Source of the DNA: an uncultured bacterium
Lineage (GTDB): Bacteria > Lernaellota > Lernaellaia > Lernaellales > Lernaellaceae
DNA length: 64,000 nucleotides
Direction: 5' to 3'
Assembly (NCBI GenBank): GCA_964534375.1
Contig: CAZHPN010000002.1
Location: 2,276 to 66,275, forward strand
The notes below the pieces were generated by a model. It had not been told where the DNA came from, did no database searches, and worked only from the letters and a program-made list of their open reading frames with translations. Position 1 is the first letter of the stretch. The number at the start of each line of letters is the position of its first letter. Positions 25,071 through 34,520 of this stretch are shown one piece after another. A program made the position numbers and the translations under genes.

Positions 25071-27608
25071 ATGCGCCGCGCCACCACGATGATTCTGATC
25101 CTCTTCCTCTGGACGCCGCTGTTTGTCGCGGCGTGCAGCCCCGCACCCGAACACCACCATCACCATCCGGTCGATGACGACGAGTCGCCCATGGACGACG
25201 ACACGTCGCCGAGCGACGACGACACCTCGCCCGCCGACGACGATGCGTCGCCGAGCGACGATGACGCATCGCCCGCCGACGACGATGCGTCGCCGAGCGA
25301 TGACGACCTGTCGCCCGCGGACGATGACGCCTCGCCGACCGACGACGATGCATCGCCCGCGGACGATGACGATGACGCGTCGCCGACGGATGACGATGCG
25401 TCGCCGAGCGATGACGACACCGCGCCTGCCGATGACGACACGGCGCCTGCCGACGACGACACCGCGCCGAGCGATGACGACACCTTGCCGGGCAACGGCG
25501 GCGATGACGACGACGATGACGACACGACGCCCGGCAACGGCGGCGATGACGACGACGACGACGACACGACGCCCGGCAATAGCGGCGATGACGACGACGA
25601 CGACACGACGCCGGGCAACGGCGGCGATGACGACGACGACTCCGCGCCGACCGATGACGACGCCTCGCCTGCCGACGACGATGACAACGACGACATGACG
25701 GTCGACGTGCAATACGTGGCCGGCGGCACCTATTCCGGCGCCGCATTGACGCTGGACGCCGCGGGCAACGCCACGGTCATCTCCGGCAAATCCCGCGATC
25801 TGCTCGCCTACACGGAAAGCGGCGGCAATTTCAGCGAGCAACTGGCGGCGTTCGGCGTTTACGCCAACCCATCGGCGACGCTCGGGCCCGATGGCGCCCA
25901 GCACGTGGCCTTCTACGATTGGATCAACAAGAACCTGCGTTATGCCACCAACGCCGGCGGCGAATGGACGGATGTCCTGGTGGACGGAACGGGCGACGTC
26001 GGCCATTACAGCGGCATCGCGCTGGACGCGGGCGGCGCCGTCCACATCGCGTACACGGTGCAAACCGCCGGCGTGCCCAGCGGCGTGCGCCACGCGACGA
26101 ACGCGAGCGGCGCCTGGCAGACGGACGAGATCGCGGACGGCTCGCAAATCGGCGACTATCCGCAAATCGCGATCGACGCCAACGGCCTGCGGTATGTCAC
26201 GTACAACGACGACGGCAACGTGCAGGTTTGCCTCGCGAATTGGAACGGGGCGGCCTGGAGCAACTTCGCACTGCCGTATTCGACGCCGGACGGTCGGGCG
26301 AGCGCCGTGGCCGTCGGGAGCGATGGAACGCTGAATGTTCTTTACCATCAAGTCAGCGGCGGCATGGTGTACGCCACCGGCACGTACAGCAGCCTCGACT
26401 ACAACCTGATCAACAGCGTCGACAACGTCGCCGATACGCTGGCGATGGCGCTCGACGGCAACGGCGTGGCGCATATTACGTACGCCATCGGCACGAACGA
26501 AGTAGGCTACGGCAACAACTCCGGGGGGACATGGAGCCTGCAAACCATCGGCGCCGGTTACCCCGTGTTCATCGCCGCCAATTCGGTGAATGACGTGGCG
26601 ATCTCGCTCGCGCGGATCGGCGTTGCGCGCAAGCAAGGCGCGACGTGGACAGAGACATACTTCGACTACGGCTTCACGGCCGCGGCGCCGGCCATGCGCA
26701 ACGATGCGCAGGCCCGCCAACATTTCGTTTACCTGGAAAACGAAACCGCGACGCTGCGTCATGCGACGGACGCGACCGGCGGCTGGACCTTCGAGTCGAT
26801 CGCGACCCCGATCGGAACCGGCATGCTTGACAGCGGCCTGGTCGTCGACGCGTCCGGAGGCTTGCACGTCTCATTTTACAACGGCGCGAATCAAAACCTG
26901 AATTACGCGACCAATGCGGGCGGGACGTGGGCGACCAGTGTCATCGACGGCGGTCCGACTGTCGGCCAGGCGAGCGCCATGGCCAGGGACGCCGCCGGCG
27001 TGTTGCACGTGAGTTATTCGGACGACGGAAACGGTGCTCTGAAGTATGCAACCAACGCTGGCGGCGCCTGGCAAACGACGATGGTCGACAGCAGCGGCGC
27101 GATCGGGGCGTCGGCAATCGCCGTCGACGGCGCCGGCACGGCGTACATCGCCTATAGCAATCAGACCGTCGGCGCGATCGAACTGGCGACCGGCGGGATC
27201 GGCGGCTTCTCCGTCCAGACCGTCGATGCCGCCGGCGGCGCCTCGGTGTCGCTCGTGCTCGACGCCAACGGCCAGCCGCAGTTGGCGTACGTCGGCGCCG
27301 GGCTGCGCCACGCTGCGTTGGTCGGTTCGACCTGGCAGGTTGACACGGTCGACCCCGCAGGGACGGCCGCCGGAACCGCGATCGCGACCTGGGGCAACCT
27401 GGGGCTGGCGATCGCCTATCAAAACGGCGCCGCGCTCAGCCTAGCGCTCGGCCGGCCCGGCAATTGGTGGCTGTTGCCGGTCGATACGCTCGACAATGTC
27501 GGCCAACAACCGTCGCTGGTCGCCGCGCCCGACGGCTCCCGCTACGACGTCGGCTATCTCGGCCAGGGCGGCGTCTGGCTGGCGACGGTGACGTTCACGG
27601 CGAACTAG
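25071..27608 (+). CDS. Exported lipoprotein: lipobox, His5 tract, ~200-aa (DDDxSP)n acidic linker, beta-propeller-like repeat domain
   Basis: ATG at 25071 behind GAGGGGAAGG. A TATACT box lies at 25014-25019. Signal ...LFVAACSP. Linker HHHHHPVDDDESPMDDDTSPSDDDTSPADDDASP... (about 25 units), then DDDDDDDTTPGNGG x4. The body repeats ~45 aa of the form YATNAGGxWxTxxVD...G...S[IL]A[LV]D..G..H[IV][AS]Y. Confidence 0.75.
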   Translation: MRRATTMILILFLWTPLFVAACSPAPEHHHHHPVDDDESPMDDDTSPSDDDTSPADDDASPSDDDASPADDDASPSDDDLSPADDDASPTDDDASPADDDDDASPTDDDASPSDDDTAPADDDTAPADDDTAPSDDDTLPGNGGDDDDDDDTTPGNGGDDDDDDDTTPGNSGDDDDDDTTPGNGGDDDDDSAPTDDDASPADDDDNDDMTVDVQYVAGGTYSGAALTLDAAGNATVISGKSRDLLAYTESGGNFSEQLAAFGVYANPSATLGPDGAQHVAFYDWINKNLRYATNAGGEWTDVLVDGTGDVGHYSGIALDAGGAVHIAYTVQTAGVPSGVRHATNASGAWQTDEIADGSQIGDYPQIAIDANGLRYVTYNDDGNVQVCLANWNGAAWSNFALPYSTPDGRASAVAVGSDGTLNVLYHQVSGGMVYATGTYSSLDYNLINSVDNVADTLAMALDGNGVAHITYAIGTNEVGYGNNSGGTWSLQTIGAGYPVFIAANSVNDVAISLARIGVARKQGATWTETYFDYGFTAAAPAMRNDAQARQHFVYLENETATLRHATDATGGWTFESIATPIGTGMLDSGLVVDASGGLHVSFYNGANQNLNYATNAGGTWATSVIDGGPTVGQASAMARDAAGVLHVSYSDDGNGALKYATNAGGAWQTTMVDSSGAIGASAIAVDGAGTAYIAYSNQTVGAIELATGGIGGFSVQTVDAAGGASVSLVLDANGQPQLAYVGAGLRHAALVGSTWQVDTVDPAGTAAGTAIATWGNLGLAIAYQNGAALSLALGRPGNWWLLPVDTLDNVGQQPSLVAAPDGSRYDVGYLGQGGVWLATVTFTAN

Positions 27609-27823
27609 CGACCGCAACAAACGGAGGAAAAAAGAAAACCGTTCGGCCTGAAACGGGCGAGATCGCGATTTCGAGCAGTTCTGATTCCGGGGTTGGCAAC
27701 TCGACCCGGATGCCGATCGCCAGGCCGCCAGGCGCCGCGCTGGGGCGTCATGGCCGTGATCGAGCATCGGGTCGAGCCAACCCCTTTCTCTTTTTCTTTT
27801 CGGCGCGGGCCGGCCGGCGGCGC

Positions 27824-29425
27824 TCAATCCAGCCAGGACATCCGCCGCCGATCGAGCCATTCTTTCGATTCCGACTTCGGCTGCGGGTAGTCGAGGCTGT
27901 AGTGCAACCCCCGGCTCTCGCGGCGATTGCGGGCGGCGCGGATGATGAGTTGGGCAACCTGGGCGAGGTTTCGCAATTCGAGCAAGTCGGCGGTGACGGT
28001 GAAGTCCCAGTAGTATTCGGAGATTTCGTTCATTACGAGATTGATTCGCTGGCGCGCGCGTTTGAGGCGGCTGTCGTTGCGCACGATGCCGACATAGTTC
28101 GACATCGTGCGCCGCACTTCTTCCCAGTTGTGCGCCACGAGGATTGCTTCCTCGGGGTGGGCGGCGCCGGTCGCATCCCAGTCGGGCACCGAAATTCGCT
28201 GGCCGTCCTTTTTGCCGCGGGCCAGGATCCGACTCGCCGCATTGTGCGCGAACACCACGGCCTCCAGCAGGCTGTTCGAGGCGAGCCGGTTGGCGCCGTG
28301 CAAACCGGTGTAGGCGCACTCGCCGATCGCGAAGAGGTTCGGGACGGTCGACTCGCCGTGTTCGTCGACGGCAATGCCGCCGCAGAGATAATGCGCGGCC
28401 GGGGCAACCGGGATCGGCGCGCACGTGATGTCGATGCCCAGCGACAAACACTTGGCGTAAATGTTGGGGAATTTCTCCGCGGCCTTCTTTTTCAGATGCG
28501 ACACGTCCAGGTAGACGCAGTCCGCCCCTGTGCGCTTGATCTCCAGGTCGATGGCGCGGGCGACCACGTCCCGCGGCGCAAGGGACGCCAAGGGATGCAG
28601 CGTATCCATGAAGCGCTCGCCCTTGGCGTTGGTCAGCACGCCTCCTTCGCCGCGTACGGCCTCGCTGATCAGGAAATTCCGCGCGTAGGGGTGGTACAGG
28701 ACGGTCGGGTGGAACTGAATGAACTCCATGTTGCCGATCGTTGCGCCGGCCCGCCAGGCCATGGCGACTCCGTCGCCGGTCGCGACATCGGCGTTGGTCG
28801 TGATCAGATAGACCTTGCCGGCGCCGCCGGTCGCTACGACCGTACTGCCGGCCAGGAAAGTATGTACGTCGCCCGTCGTTTTATCGAGGGCGTAGACGCC
28901 AAGACACTGGTCGGCCGAGCGGTTGTGGAACAGCTTGGCGCTGGTGATCAGGTCGATGGCGAAGTGGTGCTCAAAGATGTGGATGCGCGGGTGGTCGCGA
29001 ACGCGGGCGATCAACGCTCGCTCGATCTCCGCGCCCGTTAGGTCGGCCCGGTGCAGTATCCGCCGGGTCGAATGCCCCCCCTCGCGGTGCAGGTCGAATT
29101 CGCCGGCGTGCTCGCCGTTTTTGTCGAATTTCACTCCCAAATCAATTAGTTCGCGAATGCGGGCGGGGCCATCTTCGACCACCATCCGGACGATCGCGTC
29201 TTTGCAAAGCCCGGCTCCGGCCGTGAGCGTGTCCGCCACATGGAGCTCGACGCTGTCTTCAAAGGAGGTCACCGCGGCGATGCCGCCTTGAGCGTACTTG
29301 GTGTTCGTTTCGTCAAGGTCGGCCTTCGTGATCAGATTGACTTCCAGCGTGTCGGCAAGCTTGAGCGCGGTCGTCAAGCCGCCGATGCCGCTGCCGATGA
29401 CGAGGACATCGGAATGAAAAAGCAT
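27824..29425 (-). CDS. nadB: L-aspartate oxidase
   Basis: ATG (cat at 29423-29425) begins MLFHSDVLVIGSGIGG, the FAD GxGxxG motif. The 533-aa product shows succinate-dehydrogenase/fumarate-reductase flavoprotein-like similarity throughout. The 173-codon upstream extension of the ORF is discarded. Confidence 0.9.
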   Translation of the reverse strand: MLFHSDVLVIGSGIGGLTTALKLADTLEVNLITKADLDETNTKYAQGGIAAVTSFEDSVELHVADTLTAGAGLCKDAIVRMVVEDGPARIRELIDLGVKFDKNGEHAGEFDLHREGGHSTRRILHRADLTGAEIERALIARVRDHPRIHIFEHHFAIDLITSAKLFHNRSADQCLGVYALDKTTGDVHTFLAGSTVVATGGAGKVYLITTNADVATGDGVAMAWRAGATIGNMEFIQFHPTVLYHPYARNFLISEAVRGEGGVLTNAKGERFMDTLHPLASLAPRDVVARAIDLEIKRTGADCVYLDVSHLKKKAAEKFPNIYAKCLSLGIDITCAPIPVAPAAHYLCGGIAVDEHGESTVPNLFAIGECAYTGLHGANRLASNSLLEAVVFAHNAASRILARGKKDGQRISVPDWDATGAAHPEEAILVAHNWEEVRRTMSNYVGIVRNDSRLKRARQRINLVMNEISEYYWDFTVTADLLELRNLAQVAQLIIRAARNRRESRGLHYSLDYPQPKSESKEWLDRRRMSWLD

Positions 29426-29642
29426 GTAATCCTCGCGGCGTTCGATTGAACGGGCCAGAGTTTGCGGCGACGCGGCGAGCGCGTCAAGGGATGATCCACC
29501 AGAATTGCGCGGTTCTTTGCCCTCACGTCGGTCGCGATAAGGATGCGTTATTGACACCGGCGGCGCTGCTTGACAGCCTCCCGGCCAGTCTTTATGGTAA
29601 AAACTTCTTTGTAATGTATTGTATACGGGATGTGACAGGCGA

Positions 29643-30236
29643 ATGCGCGCGATTGGGGCAATGCTGGGGATACTTCTGTTCCTGGGGCTTTGGGGGGCCG
29701 CCTGGGGCGCGGATACGGCTGCGTTCGGCGGGGACGACACCGTCTGGCGGTACACGAACCACTCGCCGGACAGCCGCGAGAACCTCTTGTTTGAGGAGGA
29801 GACGGTCGCGGCGGCCGAACGGGCCCGGCAGCGTGAGGAGTTCAGCCAGCCGGAGCTGATGGCGATCGTCAGCGAGGCTGCCCTGCGGCACGGTCTGGAG
29901 CCCGAGTTGCTTTGCGCCGTGGCCTGGGTCGAATCGCGGCTCAAGCCCTACGCGGTTTCGCCGATGGGCGCGCGAGGTCTGATGCAACTGATGCCCGACA
30001 CAGCCCGCCGGGCGGGCGTGCGCGACATGAACAACCCCGTCGAGTCGGCGGAAGGCGCCGCGCGCTACCTCCGTTCCTTGCTGGATCGGTACGACAATGA
30101 CGTGACGCTGGCGCTGGCGGCGTACAACGCCGGCGAAGGGGCCGTGCGGCGCGGTCGACCGCTGCCGGCGAATGCTCCGACCTTGATTTTCGTGCAAACC
30201 GTATTGACGACGCGAGACTCGCTCCGGAATCCATAA
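29643..30236 (+). CDS. Lytic transglycosylase (SLT domain), exported
   Basis: ATG at 29643 with a signal peptide. Motifs ES...GLMQLMP and AYNAG. Confidence 0.75.
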   Translation: MRAIGAMLGILLFLGLWGAAWGADTAAFGGDDTVWRYTNHSPDSRENLLFEEETVAAAERARQREEFSQPELMAIVSEAALRHGLEPELLCAVAWVESRLKPYAVSPMGARGLMQLMPDTARRAGVRDMNNPVESAEGAARYLRSLLDRYDNDVTLALAAYNAGEGAVRRGRPLPANAPTLIFVQTVLTTRDSLRNP

Positions 30237-30240
30237 ATCA

Positions 30241-30879
30241 ATGAAACGAAGCGATTTTATCAACCCGCCGAACGTGATTTCGTTTTTCCGGTTGGCCATG
30301 ACGCCCTTCCTGTTTCTGTTCCTTTACATGGAAAAATATCTGAATCCGGACCACGACACGATTTTTTTTAACATTGCGGCCGGCATAGTGTTTTTGCTCG
30401 GTGCGCTTACGGATCTGGCGGACGGCATCGTCGCGCGTCGCTGGCACTACGTCACGGACATCGGCAAGTTCCTGGACCCGTTGGCGGACAAGGTGATTGT
30501 GTCTACCGCGCTGATATTACTGGTTAATTTGAATCGGGCTCCGGCCTGGATCGCTTTGATTATCATTCTGCGCGAGATGGTGATCACCGGCTTGCGCGGT
30601 CTCGCCAGTACGCGGGGAACGATCATCGCCGCCAGCAACCTCGGCAAAGGCAAGACCGTGCTGCAGGACATTGCGCTGACGGGATTGCTGCTGCACGAGC
30701 CGATGGATTTGGGACGCGGCTGGGCGCCCGCCTGGCTGACGTTCCACAACGCCGGCGCGCTCGTGCTCTACCTCGCCGTGTTCTACACGCTGTATTCCGG
30801 GTACGATTACGTAAAGAAGTTCGTGGCTAGTGAAACGGCGGATGCGCCGGGCGACAAGCCGGCTTCGGCCGGCGGATAA
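30241..30879 (+). CDS. pgsA: CDP-diacylglycerol--glycerol-3-phosphate 3-phosphatidyltransferase
   Basis: CDP-alcohol phosphatidyltransferase motif DG(x2)AR(x8)G(x3)D(x3)D, seen here as DGIVARRWHYVTDIGKFLDPLADK. Multi-TM protein. Confidence 0.85.
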   Translation: MKRSDFINPPNVISFFRLAMTPFLFLFLYMEKYLNPDHDTIFFNIAAGIVFLLGALTDLADGIVARRWHYVTDIGKFLDPLADKVIVSTALILLVNLNRAPAWIALIIILREMVITGLRGLASTRGTIIAASNLGKGKTVLQDIALTGLLLHEPMDLGRGWAPAWLTFHNAGALVLYLAVFYTLYSGYDYVKKFVASETADAPGDKPASAGG

Positions 30880-31008
30880 AAACCTCGTTCTTTGACGGGC
30901 TTGCAAAAAAAACAGAAAGAAGTTCCTTGACTTTTTTTGCGTAACCGGATATCCAAGTGGCGGTTAGTTCATAACTTAGCGCTTCTGGCAAGGGCTTCGG
31001 AGGAAAGC

Positions 31009-31704
31009 ATGAGCCGTAAGATTATCGTCGGCGTCATTTTATGCGTCGTGCTGGCGGCCGCGGCGGTCGCGGGAGCCGCCGAAAAGGTCGAGAACGTGTT
31101 TATCGCCGGCCTCGACGCGGGCTACTACGGCCACACGGGCTGGCTCGGGCAAAACTTCGGCGGCGGCGTCGGCGGCGCGCTGTTCTTCGGCTACGGCATT
31201 ACCCGGAACTTCGCGATCGAACTCGATTACCAACCGATCGTTACGTCGTCGGTGAAGAGTTCGAGCGCCAAGCAAATTTACAGCAACGCCTATTTCGGCG
31301 GGCTCGGCCAATCCTTCAGCGGCATGGGCGGCATCGGCGCCAGCGGCAAACTCTACCCGCGCGATCGCTTTCGCGATGCCGATTTCGTCATCGTGCAGCC
31401 GTTCGCCCGCCTCGGCCTCGGCTGGGAGCCGTTTATCTGGACGTACCAGAAGAGCGTGCAGCCGCTGCTCAACTACAAAAAAGGTGATGGCTTCAACAAC
31501 CTCTACTTGAATATCGGCGGCGGCTGCGACTTCATGATCGTCAAGTGGTTCAGCCTCGGCTTCGATCTGCGGTTGTGGAAGTACTTCCCCATGACCAAGA
31601 CGATCGACGGCTTTACGACGAAGGGTTCCTCCCTGTACAAGGTCGGCAGCTACGACAGTTCTCTGACGTACAGCGGCGGCCTCAACGCCACTTTCCAATG
31701 GTAG
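31009..31704 (+). CDS. Outer-membrane beta-barrel protein, hypothetical
   Basis: ATG at 31009 behind GGAGGAAAG. Has a signal peptide. Gly/aromatic-rich amphipathic strands. The C-terminus ...NATFQW has a terminal aromatic. Confidence 0.6.
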   Translation: MSRKIIVGVILCVVLAAAAVAGAAEKVENVFIAGLDAGYYGHTGWLGQNFGGGVGGALFFGYGITRNFAIELDYQPIVTSSVKSSSAKQIYSNAYFGGLGQSFSGMGGIGASGKLYPRDRFRDADFVIVQPFARLGLGWEPFIWTYQKSVQPLLNYKKGDGFNNLYLNIGGGCDFMIVKWFSLGFDLRLWKYFPMTKTIDGFTTKGSSLYKVGSYDSSLTYSGGLNATFQW

Positions 31705-31714
31705 GAGACTAGCG

Positions 31715-32104
31715 ATGAAGCGGTTTTGCCTGATCCTCGCATTCGCGATCTCTCTGGGCTTGTTCGTCAACAGCACGGCCCTGGCCGACCAGTTCACCGG
31801 CGGCTATATCATCACCAGCTACCAGAAGACCGTCGGTCCGACCCCGAGCCCGTTCTTCGACGCCGCGAAGAAGCTCGGCCGCGGAGTGGTCAACATGGTC
31901 AGCGCGCCGATCGAACTCATCAAACAGCCGATCACGGAAGCCGACAAAGGCGACAGCGTCGGCGAATTCTTCACCGGTTTCGGGTATGGCCTGCTGGCCG
32001 GCGTCGCCTGGACCTTTTACCGCGAGCTCGACGGGGTCTACGAAGTCGTCACGTGCTATCTGCCGAGCTTGAAGCCGGCGATCAATCCCGAATATATATT
32101 CTAG
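31715..32104 (+). CDS. Small secreted protein, hypothetical (possibly exosortase-system-associated TIGR04073-like)
   Basis: ATG at 31715 behind AGGAGA, with a signal peptide. The family call rests on memory of the motif GRGVVNMVSAPIEL...GLLAGVAWTFYRE and is uncertain. Confidence 0.5.
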   Translation: MKRFCLILAFAISLGLFVNSTALADQFTGGYIITSYQKTVGPTPSPFFDAAKKLGRGVVNMVSAPIELIKQPITEADKGDSVGEFFTGFGYGLLAGVAWTFYRELDGVYEVVTCYLPSLKPAINPEYIF

Positions 32105-32184
32105 CGGCCGCGACATTTGCGTGCGAGAGCGGACCTGCCCCCCGCGGGGCGGGTTCGTTTCGTTTTGAAGGGTTGAGTTTGACC

Positions 32185-33624
32185 ATGCGTTTCGCAGTCC
32201 CAGGCGCGGCGTTGCTGCTTGTGCTGCTGGCGGGCTGCGTTCATCAACTCCCGCCGGAAATCCATTTGAAATCCGCCGACAACACCGGCGTGGTCTTCGG
32301 CCGCATCGCGCCGCTGCAGGGCGCCGAGGAAGGCTGGATCGAATACCAGAAGGCCGACGGCAAGAAAGCCAAGACCGGGCTGGCTCCCGACGGCTATTTT
32401 GTGATTCAGGCCGCGCATGGTTCGTTGCACTTGGTCGGTTTCGCCTACCGCGAAGCGAAACGCTTGCACACGGTGACGTTCGCTTCGCCGCCGGCGTTCG
32501 ACGTGCGGGCCGCCGCCGTCACCTACGTCGGCCTCGTCCTGCTCTCGCCGCTGACCCAGGATGTGTATCTGACCGACGATTTCATCCGCGACCGCGAGTG
32601 GCTCCTCACGCGGTATGGCGACAAAAAGGCGCCGGTCAGTCAGTTCGCGAACCAAAAGTTCTACGATTTGATGGTGCATTATCAGCGCGTCCCGGAGCCC
32701 GCGCCGCAGGTCGACGGCGGTCGCGCCGTCGTGCCCGAGACGCTGTTTCTCATGGGCGATGTTTTGCCCGGCGGTTGCCTCGCCGGTCCGGGCGGGGCCG
32801 ACAAGACCGAAATTCCGCCGCGCGAGATTCTGGTTTCGTCGTTTCGCATCGATGTCGCGCCGGTCAGCCGCGATGCCTTCGGGCACGAAGGCGCCGAGGC
32901 GATCGACCACGTGAGCTGGAACGACGCGGCGGACTACTGTGCCCGCAAAGGCGGCCGATTGCCGACCGAAGCGGAATGGGAGTTGGCGGCGCGCGGCCCG
33001 CGCTGGGGCCGGCGCTATTACGCCGGGGCGCCGCCCCTGACCTCGGGCAAACCCGTCGGCGTGGGCGAGACGCCGGCGACCGATGCAGCGAGCAAATGGG
33101 AAAAAAGCCCCTACGGCGTGGAATTCCAGGGCGCGGATCTGGCCGAATGGACGCGGGACTGGTACGGGCCGCCGGCCGTCGCCGACGTCCCGGCGCGCGA
33201 TCCGCAAGGACCGCCGACCGGCGACGAAAAAGTGGTCCGCGCCGGCCCGTATCGTTTTGCCGCCGCGCCGAGTCCGGGTCTAAAAAGCGTCGGTTTCCGC
33301 TGCGTGTACGGCGGCGCGGATTTGTCGAAAACGCCGGTGCAATCCGCGAATCCGCAGCCGCCGGCGCCGCCAGCAGCGCCGCCGCCGCGGGAACCGAAAA
33401 AAGACAAGCCGCCGGAACAATTGAAGACGGCGCGCGTCATCGCCGACGGCAACGTGTACGCGGGCCCGTCAACCAAAGCCGCCGTGGCGGCGCGCGTCGC
33501 GGCGGGCGACCTGGTGACGGTCATCGGTTGGAGCGATGAGTTTTACCTCGTGCGAATGGCCGACGGGGAGGAAGGTTTTGTGCGTAAGGATCTGCTCGAC
33601 GAGCATAACGGAGGACGACCATGA
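32185..33624 (+). CDS. Lipoprotein with formylglycine-generating-enzyme (FGE/SUMF1)-like domain and C-terminal SH3-like domain
   Basis: ATG at 32185. Lipobox LLAGC. FGE-family motifs HVSWNDAADYCARKGGRLPTEAEWELAARG and FRCV. A Pro-rich linker leads into a bacterial SH3-like tail. Confidence 0.75.
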   Translation: MRFAVPGAALLLVLLAGCVHQLPPEIHLKSADNTGVVFGRIAPLQGAEEGWIEYQKADGKKAKTGLAPDGYFVIQAAHGSLHLVGFAYREAKRLHTVTFASPPAFDVRAAAVTYVGLVLLSPLTQDVYLTDDFIRDREWLLTRYGDKKAPVSQFANQKFYDLMVHYQRVPEPAPQVDGGRAVVPETLFLMGDVLPGGCLAGPGGADKTEIPPREILVSSFRIDVAPVSRDAFGHEGAEAIDHVSWNDAADYCARKGGRLPTEAEWELAARGPRWGRRYYAGAPPLTSGKPVGVGETPATDAASKWEKSPYGVEFQGADLAEWTRDWYGPPAVADVPARDPQGPPTGDEKVVRAGPYRFAAAPSPGLKSVGFRCVYGGADLSKTPVQSANPQPPAPPAAPPPREPKKDKPPEQLKTARVIADGNVYAGPSTKAAVAARVAAGDLVTVIGWSDEFYLVRMADGEEGFVRKDLLDEHNGGRP

Positions 33625-34490
33625 ACAAGCGATTTGCGTTTCTGCTGTTGACCGTGGCGCTGGCGCTGCTGCTGACGGCGGCGGTCTCGTGCGTCAAGCG
33701 CGGACCTGAAAGCGGCCTCGGCCAGCCGCCGCCGGCGCCGACGAAGGCCCCGGCCCCCGCCCCGGCCCCGATTGCGCCGCCGCCGGCCACGTCCGCCAAC
33801 CCCGAACTCAAAGTGCTGAAAGTTTCGGGCGCCGGCGCCGGGCAGACGGGCATTTTCGTCGTCAAACTGCAATGGAACGGCGACAAACCGACCGACTGGA
33901 CCATCAAAAAATGGACGATGATGCGCGATAAAACGGACCAAACCCAATCGATGCTCGTCATCGAGGACCAGAGCTTCCCGGTCAAGCCCGGCGAGCCGAC
34001 CGTCGCGACCGTGCGGGCGATTCCGATCAACCCGACCAAAGAGCCGCCCCGCAACCTGATCGTCGAGTACGCCGGCATGCCGGTTTACGAATTGACCGAC
34101 AAGATCGAGGATCCGAAGGTCAGGGCGCTCCAGGGCGCGATCGAGAAGGTCAACCAGGCTTTTGTCCAGATGATGCCGCTGGTTCGGATCGTCGGCGACA
34201 GCGTCCAATATGCGCCGAAAGACCGCGCCAAGGTCGAACCGTACCTGAGCATCGCGCTGTGGGACCTCTCCGGCGCCAAGCCGCGGCCTTACATCGAGCC
34301 GACCGTGCTCGAAGGCGCTTTCGTGGTCGCGTTCTCCGGCGGTATGACGCAGCGGGGCTTGGCGAGTTTCATTCAAAAGAAAAGCGCCGGCATCACCGAA
34401 CGCAATGCCATCCAGGAGGCCGCGCGCATCGCGGGCCCGATCAACCGCCTGCTGGATATCGCGGGCCTCGATGCCCGCCTGACGAAGTAG
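33621..34490 (+). CDS. Lipoprotein, hypothetical
   Basis: ATG at 33621 behind GGAGGA; it overlaps the upstream stop. Signal plus lipobox LTAAVSC, then a Pro/Ala-rich linker. Confidence 0.55.
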   Translation: MNKRFAFLLLTVALALLLTAAVSCVKRGPESGLGQPPPAPTKAPAPAPAPIAPPPATSANPELKVLKVSGAGAGQTGIFVVKLQWNGDKPTDWTIKKWTMMRDKTDQTQSMLVIEDQSFPVKPGEPTVATVRAIPINPTKEPPRNLIVEYAGMPVYELTDKIEDPKVRALQGAIEKVNQAFVQMMPLVRIVGDSVQYAPKDRAKVEPYLSIALWDLSGAKPRPYIEPTVLEGAFVVAFSGGMTQRGLASFIQKKSAGITERNAIQEAARIAGPINRLLDIAGLDARLTK

Positions 34491-34520
34491 CGGGGGCGGG
34501 GGGATCGGCGGACCGACGCG

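Noticed and set aside
24718-25746. 342-aa minus-strand ORF that is almost pure Arg/His/Cys
   Set aside because: It is the reverse complement of the (gacgacgat)n polyAsp linker of the 25071 gene, so it reads as a repeat-driven antisense frame.
27824-29944. 706-aa ORF as an extended NadB
   Set aside because: The first 173 codons are Ser/Arg/Ala-rich with no similarity. MLFHSDVLVIGSGIGG at codon 174 is the canonical flavoprotein N-terminus and gives a standard 533-aa NadB.
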